Assembly (NCBI GenBank): GCA_963664825.1
Contig: OY761614.1
Span: 2,272,001-2,336,000 of the forward strand
Reading direction: 5' to 3'
DNA: 64,000 nucleotides
DNA from: an uncultured Holophaga sp.
Lineage (GTDB): Bacteria > Acidobacteriota > Holophagae > Holophagales > Holophagaceae
Part shown: piece after piece, positions 59,075 through 64,000 of the stretch
Layout of the letters: every line of letters begins with the position of its first letter
How positions within the stretch are numbered: the first letter of the stretch is position 1
The notes under the pieces: generated by a model
The model's input: only the letters and a program-made list of their open reading frames with translations
The model's database searches: none
What the model was told of the DNA's origin: nothing
Translations under genes and position numbers: made by a program

Positions 59075-61819
59075 ATGTCCCAGTGTCTTGCCTCGAATCC
59101 GAACGATTCCCACCTCCTCGACCCTTGGCACGGATTTCATCGGGAAGCTCTTGCGCGCATGGAGGTCCTCGAGACCGCGTTGGAAGCCTCGGATTGGGCC
59201 CTGGTGGAGCAAGGCTGCCGCTGGATCCAGGAGATGCTGCGCTCCCACCACGAGGCAGAGGAACGGGATGTCTTCCCCCTGCTGGAAGAATTGGGCACCG
59301 AATCCCTCCAGGAGCAGCTCCTGGAGGAGCATGGGGAGATGGGGGCACTGGATCAGAGGATCCTCGCGGCCCTTCAGGCCGCTGAATTCGAGGCCGTTCC
59401 GGGCCCGGCCCGCCGCCTTTTGGCGCTGCTCCGCCAGCATATCGAGACCGAGGAGGGGCTCCTGCTGCCCCTGCTCAAGGGCCGCTCCCCTTGGCCTACC
59501 GATGAAGAGACGGAAGAGGGCTACCTCATCCTCAAGAAGGAGCTGGTGGCTCCCGAGACCTGGTCCTTCATCGTGCAGGCGCCCATGATTGCCCGGGGCC
59601 GCAAACCGGGGCAGTTCATCATGGTGGCCCCCTTCGAGAAGAGTGAGCGGGTGCCTCTCACCCTGGTCAATGGGGACGCCCGCAAGGGTTGGATCCGCTT
59701 CGTGGTGATGGAAGTGGGAGCCACGACCCGGGCCATGGGCAAGCTCTCCGCCGGGGATCGTCTCTACGCCGTGGCCGGTCCCATGGGCCAGCCCACCGAA
59801 CTGGTGGAAGCGGGCACCGTCGTCTTGGTGGCCGGAGGCTACGGAGCCGGCGCCGTGCTCACGGCCGCGGAAGTGCTCCACGCTCGCGGCCAGCGCGTGC
59901 TCAGCATCCTGGGGGGCCGGAGCCGGGAGCGGGTGCTGCTCACCGAGGAATTGGGGGCCGTCTCCTCTGAACTCGTCATCACCACCGATGACGGTTCCTG
60001 GGGCCGCAAGGGCATGGTGACGGAGGCCCTGAAGGATATCCTGGCTCGCGAAAAGGTCGCCGAGGTCATCGCCGTGGGCCCCATGCCCATGATGCAGGCG
60101 GTGGCCGAACTGACCCGGCCCAGCGGCATCTTCACCCTCGTGAGTCTCAACGCGCTCATGGTGGACGGCACAGGCATGTGCGGCGGATGCCGTGTGAAGG
60201 TGGGCGGCGAATTTAAGTTCGCCTGCTTCGATGGTCCCGATTTCGACGGCCACAAGGTGGACTTCCAGATGCTGCGCATGCGGCAGAACTGGTACCAGGA
60301 AGACGAGAAGGGGGCCGACCATGCCTGTCGCGTGGGCAGGAACACGGCGGCGCCCCTGACGGATGCGGATCTGCCTGTCATCGAGCCCGTGGCCGATTTC
60401 GACTGGAAGACCGCCGATCTGCCTTCCCTCAAGGCCCCCCAGCGCATGAAGATCCCCCGCCAGGAGATGGCCTGCCAGGAACCCGGCCAGCGCATCACCA
60501 ATTTCGGCGAGGTCTCCCTGGGCTTCAGCGCCGAGCAGGCCCGCCTGGAAGCCGCGCGCTGCCTCCAGTGCAAGAAGCCGGGATGCATCGGGGGATGTCC
60601 CGTGGGCATCGATATTCCGGCCTTCATCAAGCAGATCGAAGCGGGTCGTCCCCAGGAGGCCGGCCTGATCCTCAAGCGCTATTCGGCTCTTCCTGCGGTG
60701 TGTGGCCGCGTCTGCCCCCAGGAGAAGCAGTGCGAGGCGCATTGCGTGGTGGGCCTCAAGGGCGAGGCCGTTTCCATCGGGCGCCTGGAGCGCTTCGCCT
60801 CCGATAGCCTGCGGGAGGGCGGCGCCAAGGCTCCGGACGTGGCACCTGCCACGGGCAAGAGGGTGGCCATCGTGGGGGCAGGTCCGGCGGGCCTGGCCAC
60901 GGCGGGGGAACTCATCCAGAAGGGCCACGATGTGACGGTCTTCGATGGCCTCCACAAACCCGGCGGCGTGCTGCTCTATGGCATCCCCGAGTTCCGTCTC
61001 CCCAATTCCATCGTGGATTTCGAAGTGCAGGCTCTGCGGAATCTGGGCGTGAAGTTCGTGCTCAATACCCTCATCGGACGGGCCATGACCCTGGAGGAAC
61101 TGCGCCAGGAATTCGACGCCGTCTTCCTGGGCACCGGCGCCGGACTGCCCCGGATGCTGGGCATCCCCGGCGAGGAATTGAAGGGCGTCTACACGGCCAA
61201 CGAGTTCCTGACCCGGGTGAACCTCATGCGGGCCGATCTCTTCCCGGAATTCGGTACGCCCATCACGGTGGGCAAGCACGTGGTGGTGGTGGGCTGCGGC
61301 AATACGGCCATGGACGCCGCCCGCTGTTCGAAGCGCCTGGGGGCAGATGTCACGGTGGTCTATCGCCGCTCCGTGAAGGAGAGCACGGCCCGGAAGGAAG
61401 AACTGCAACACGCCATGGAGGAGGGCATCACCTTCCGCTGGCTGACGACGCCTCTGGAGGCGCGCGGCAGTGAGCAGGGTTGGGTCACGGAAGCCGAGTG
61501 CGCCCTCATGGAGCTCACGGAGCCCGGCCCCGATGGCCGCCGCGGCGTGCGCGACACGGGCAAGCGCGAGGTGCTGCCCTGCGAGACGCTGATCATCGCC
61601 CTGGGCTGCGCCGTGAACCCGCTCATCGCCCAGACGGAAGAGGACCTCAAGACCCTGCGGGGGGGCGTCGTAAAGGTGGACGAATCCACCGGCGAGACCA
61701 CCGTGGAAGGCGTCTACGCGGGGGGCGATGTCATCACCGGCGGCGCCACCGTGATCCTGGCCATGGGCCAGGGCCACCGCGCCGCCGAGGCCATCCACGC
61801 CCGGCTCATGGAGGCCTGA
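59075..61819 (+). CDS. Hemerythrin-NfnA-NfnB triple fusion (NADH-dependent reduced ferredoxin:NADP+ oxidoreductase-like; often annotated sulfide dehydrogenase or glutamate synthase small subunit)
   Basis: AAGGAG RBS. Hemerythrin-like H/HxxxEE/H/HxxxEE (aa ~20-135); NfnA-like PGQF, ERVPLT, GPMG, MVDGTGMCGGCRV, ACFDGPDFD; NfnB-like RCLQCKKPGCIGGCP, CGRVCPQEKQCE, VGAGPAG, YGIPEFRLP, AGGD. Confidence 0.88.
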   Translation: MSQCLASNPNDSHLLDPWHGFHREALARMEVLETALEASDWALVEQGCRWIQEMLRSHHEAEERDVFPLLEELGTESLQEQLLEEHGEMGALDQRILAALQAAEFEAVPGPARRLLALLRQHIETEEGLLLPLLKGRSPWPTDEETEEGYLILKKELVAPETWSFIVQAPMIARGRKPGQFIMVAPFEKSERVPLTLVNGDARKGWIRFVVMEVGATTRAMGKLSAGDRLYAVAGPMGQPTELVEAGTVVLVAGGYGAGAVLTAAEVLHARGQRVLSILGGRSRERVLLTEELGAVSSELVITTDDGSWGRKGMVTEALKDILAREKVAEVIAVGPMPMMQAVAELTRPSGIFTLVSLNALMVDGTGMCGGCRVKVGGEFKFACFDGPDFDGHKVDFQMLRMRQNWYQEDEKGADHACRVGRNTAAPLTDADLPVIEPVADFDWKTADLPSLKAPQRMKIPRQEMACQEPGQRITNFGEVSLGFSAEQARLEAARCLQCKKPGCIGGCPVGIDIPAFIKQIEAGRPQEAGLILKRYSALPAVCGRVCPQEKQCEAHCVVGLKGEAVSIGRLERFASDSLREGGAKAPDVAPATGKRVAIVGAGPAGLATAGELIQKGHDVTVFDGLHKPGGVLLYGIPEFRLPNSIVDFEVQALRNLGVKFVLNTLIGRAMTLEELRQEFDAVFLGTGAGLPRMLGIPGEELKGVYTANEFLTRVNLMRADLFPEFGTPITVGKHVVVVGCGNTAMDAARCSKRLGADVTVVYRRSVKESTARKEELQHAMEEGITFRWLTTPLEARGSEQGWVTEAECALMELTEPGPDGRRGVRDTGKREVLPCETLIIALGCAVNPLIAQTEEDLKTLRGGVVKVDESTGETTVEGVYAGGDVITGGATVILAMGQGHRAAEAIHARLMEA

Positions 61820-61837
61820 ACCTTTAAGGAACCTCTT

Positions 61838-61881
61838 TCAGACAGCGGCTCGCCTCCTGGGCGAGCCGCTGTCTGAGCTTT
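61838..61881 (+). terminator. Strong hairpin after the Nfn fusion gene
   Basis: TCAGACAGCGGCTCGCC-TCCTG-GGCGAGCCGCTGTCTGA, perfect 17-bp stem followed by GCTTT. Confidence 0.7.
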
Positions 61882-61975
61882 GCGGAAGGGACTAAGCGGG
61901 GCCCTCTGGCCTCCGTAATCCATCTCGAAGGCGGTCAGGCAACCCCGCCCCCCCAACCCCTTCCTGGAGGCTTCC

Positions 61976-62314
61976 ATGCGAGCCCTCGCCCTTCCTCTAT
62001 CCCTGGCCCTGGCCTTTGCCGTGCCCGCCGTGGCCCAACAGGCCCGGTTCCTCAAGGTCGATATCGTCCGTAAGGCTGGGAAGACGCACCACGCCAAGGA
62101 GGGTCCCCTCGAAGTCCATATGCGCCTGCCCCTCAACCTGGCCAAGAGCGTGTTGGAGATGGCTGGCGATAGCGAGATCAAGATCAACGGTGAATCCAAG
62201 AAGGGTCTCAAGCCCGACGCCCTGATCAAGCTGCTCGAAGGCTCGAAGTCCGGCGATCTCTTGTTGGAGATCACCACCAACGAGGGCGATCTGGTGAAGG
62301 TGGTCATCGAGTAG
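61976..62314 (+). CDS. Small secreted hypothetical protein
   Basis: GGAGG RBS; signal peptide ending AVA-QQ; host-like codon usage. Confidence 0.75.
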   Translation: MRALALPLSLALAFAVPAVAQQARFLKVDIVRKAGKTHHAKEGPLEVHMRLPLNLAKSVLEMAGDSEIKINGESKKGLKPDALIKLLEGSKSGDLLLEITTNEGDLVKVVIE

Positions 62315-62334
62315 TCATTTCATCTTTTTCGGAG

Positions 62335-62361
62335 GGAGCGCCCCGCGGGGCGCTTCTTTTT
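62335..62361 (+). terminator. Intrinsic terminator
   Basis: GGAGCGCCCC-GC-GGGGCGCTTC followed by TTTTT. Confidence 0.7.
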
Positions 62362-62375
62362 GCCAAGATGGAGCC

Positions 62376-62447
62376 ATGGCCTTCGAATCCATCACCCCCA
62401 TCCGCGTTCGCTACGCCGAGACCGATGCCATGGGCATCGTGCACCAC
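62376..62447 (+). pseudogene. Orphan 5' fragment of the acyl-CoA thioesterase gene
   Basis: Encodes MAFESITPIRVRYAETDAMGIVHH; 62406-62446 matches 62575-62615 at 40 of 41 nt. Confidence 0.8.
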
Positions 62448-62550
62448 GGGGCCCCATCCGCGACCTCGAGCCGCAGGCGAAGGGGGAGCGGGAGGACAGC
62501 GCGGGGCGCTGTCCGATCTGGGGGTAGTCTATGTGGTGCGGATTGAAACC

Positions 62551-62946
62551 ATGGAAACGAAGACCGAGATTCGAGTTCGCTACGCTGAGACCGATGCCAT
62601 GGGCATCGTGCACCATGCCGTCTATCCCATCTGGATGGAGCTGGGCCGTTCCGATTTCCTGCGGGAACTGGGCCAGAGCTATGGCGAATGGGAAAGACAG
62701 GGCGTGATGATGAGTGTGGCGGAGCTGCAGGTGAAGTTCCGGTCCCCGGCGCGCTACGACGAGCTGGTGGAGGTGAGGACCCGGCTCCTGGAAGCCAATC
62801 GCCGGAAGATCACCTTCGCTTACACGATCTTCCGGGATGGCACGCGGCTGGTGGAGGGCCGCACGGTCCATGTGGTCACGGGCGCCGATGGCCGCGCCCG
62901 CACGCTGCCTGAGGAGATGCTGCGCTTCGTGGAAGGGGCGATCTAG
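62551..62946 (+). CDS. Acyl-CoA thioesterase, YbgC/FadM (4HBT) family
   Basis: IRVRYAETDAMGIVHHAVYPIWMELGR, FRSPARYDE. Confidence 0.9.
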   Translation: METKTEIRVRYAETDAMGIVHHAVYPIWMELGRSDFLRELGQSYGEWERQGVMMSVAELQVKFRSPARYDELVEVRTRLLEANRRKITFAYTIFRDGTRLVEGRTVHVVTGADGRARTLPEEMLRFVEGAI

Positions 62947-62975
62947 CCGGGCTTGGGAGGATCGCCACGGGTCAT

Positions 62976-63623
62976 TCAGGCATCGGGCCTATTCATTCCG
63001 CCGAAGAGGGCCATGGCCAGGATGGCCGAGAGGGCGTCCAGGAGCTGGCGTCGGTGTTCGGGGAAGGCGTCGGCCTGGAAGCTCTGGAAGCTCACCAGTC
63101 CGAAGGGGCGCTGGGGACCGTGCAAGGGCACGCCATACCAGCTCGAAGGGATGAGGCCCGAGCCCTTTTCCGCTTCCGTCAGGACATTGCCGAGGGCCAC
63201 GGCCTCCTCCAGTGTGCGCGTATACAGGGGCGCGTTGGATAGGATGGCCTGGCCCGTGAGCCCCGGCTTTTCCGAGAGACGACGGGAGGGATGTTTCCGG
63301 GGGCGTCCCCCCTCGTGGTAGAAAACGAAATTCAATTGGTCCTTCTCCCAGTCCACCAGGGCCACGAAGAAGGAAGCCAGATCGAAGGGATGAAAGACCA
63401 GGCGATGCATGGTTTCGGCGAGTTCAAGAGCGGACTTTCCGGGATCGAGTTGTTCAGCCGCCGAGAGCATCAGCTGCATATCCTGATCCAGATGCTGCAC
63501 CAGCTCCCGCAGATCCTGAACCTCGCTGCGCAGGGTGGTCGCCTCGAGTTCCAGGGCACTGGTCCGGACGCGCTGCTCGGCCTCAGCTTCCCTCCTGGAT
63601 TTGCCGTGCTGGAAGAAGTTCAT
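62976..63623 (-). CDS. Coiled-coil plus GAF domain protein
   Basis: N-terminal coiled coil; GLTGQAI...SWYGVPL...FGLVSFQS...AF GAF pattern. Confidence 0.78.
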   Translation of the reverse strand: MNFFQHGKSRREAEAEQRVRTSALELEATTLRSEVQDLRELVQHLDQDMQLMLSAAEQLDPGKSALELAETMHRLVFHPFDLASFFVALVDWEKDQLNFVFYHEGGRPRKHPSRRLSEKPGLTGQAILSNAPLYTRTLEEAVALGNVLTEAEKGSGLIPSSWYGVPLHGPQRPFGLVSFQSFQADAFPEHRRQLLDALSAILAMALFGGMNRPDA

Positions 63624-63679
63624 GGGCACATTCCGGCTCGAGACTTGGGGACAAGGGCGATTGGTGATTGACTTGAGGC

Positions 63680-64000
63680 ATGACGATGACACGCCCCATC
63701 CATCTCTTCAACACCCTCACTCGGCGGGTGGAGCCCGTGGATCCTCTGAATCCCGGCGTGATCACCCTCTACACCTGTGGGCCCACGGTCTACAACTTCG
63801 CCCACATCGGCAACCTGCGGACCTTCCTGTTCCAGGATCTGCTCAAGCGCACCTTCCAGGCCGCGGGCTTCGAGGTGCGCCACTGCATGAACATCACGGA
63901 TGTGGAGGACAAGATCATCCGCGATAGCCAGAAGGATCTGCCCCTGGAGGCCGAGAATGCGGCCCGTCACGAGGCCATGAAGGCCCTCACGGGTCGCTAT
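63680..64000 (+). CDS. cysS: Cysteine--tRNA ligase, 5' part (runs off the window; not in the ORF track)
   Basis: Translates [18 protein letters not shown]...[20 protein letters not shown]...[11 protein letters not shown]. Confidence 0.95.
   Translation, partial: MTMTRPIHLFNTLTRRVEPVDPLNPGVITLYTCGPTVYNFAHIGNLRTFLFQDLLKRTFQAAGFEVRHCMNITDVEDKIIRDSQKDLPLEAENAARHEAMKALTGRY

Noticed and set aside
58625..61798. 1057-aa minus-strand ORF and similar long antisense ORFs (e.g. 15-1442, 2291-3997, 12197-13762, 31052-32947, 55716-57551)
   Set aside because: Shadow ORFs opposite well-supported genes, expected from high GC3 codon bias; no family motifs.
59075..61819. Calling the gene gltD (glutamate synthase small subunit)
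   Set aside because: No gltB nearby, and it is fused to an NfnA-type module with the Asp/Cys3 motif, which fits Nfn better.
62368..62550. N-terminal extension of the thioesterase given in the ORF track (192 aa)
   Set aside because: It is an out-of-frame read of the duplicated fragment and spacer; the family-length protein starts at 62551.

Overview
GC-rich (roughly two-thirds G+C by eye) bacterial chromosomal window. Gene content and order suggest an anaerobic Acidobacteriota, probably Holophagaceae (Geothrix/Holophaga-like); this is inference only. Housekeeping and physiology genes: hisS, cysS (partial), clpP, tig, cmk, mog, trxB, htpX, mqnD, a sufBCDSU-nfu Fe-S operon with an IscR/Rrf2-like operator, and tRNA-Arg(TCG) plus tRNA-Leu(TAG). 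There are three RND efflux systems (MdtABC-type, a TetR-controlled pump whose permease is fused to a TolC-like domain, and a CzcCBA-type pump), c-di-GMP and two-component genes, and an RsbV/W/U partner-switch module. Most notable: (1) one 914-aa ORF fusing a hemerythrin-like di-iron domain to both subunits of an NfnAB-type electron-bifurcating transhydrogenase; (2) a GTGA-bounded tandem repeat inside the mdtA-mdtB start/stop junction that keeps translational coupling intact; (3) a one-gene restriction-nuclease islet flanked by a ~210-bp duplication of the nfu 3' end; (4) a 169-bp tandem repeat with tRNA-like and anti-tRNA segments in front of tRNA-Arg; (5) a thioredoxin with a +1 frameshift at CCC-T just before WCGPC, next to a damaged dsbD; (6) a dispersed family of short inverted-repeat elements. 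No CRISPR array, transposase or integrase was seen.
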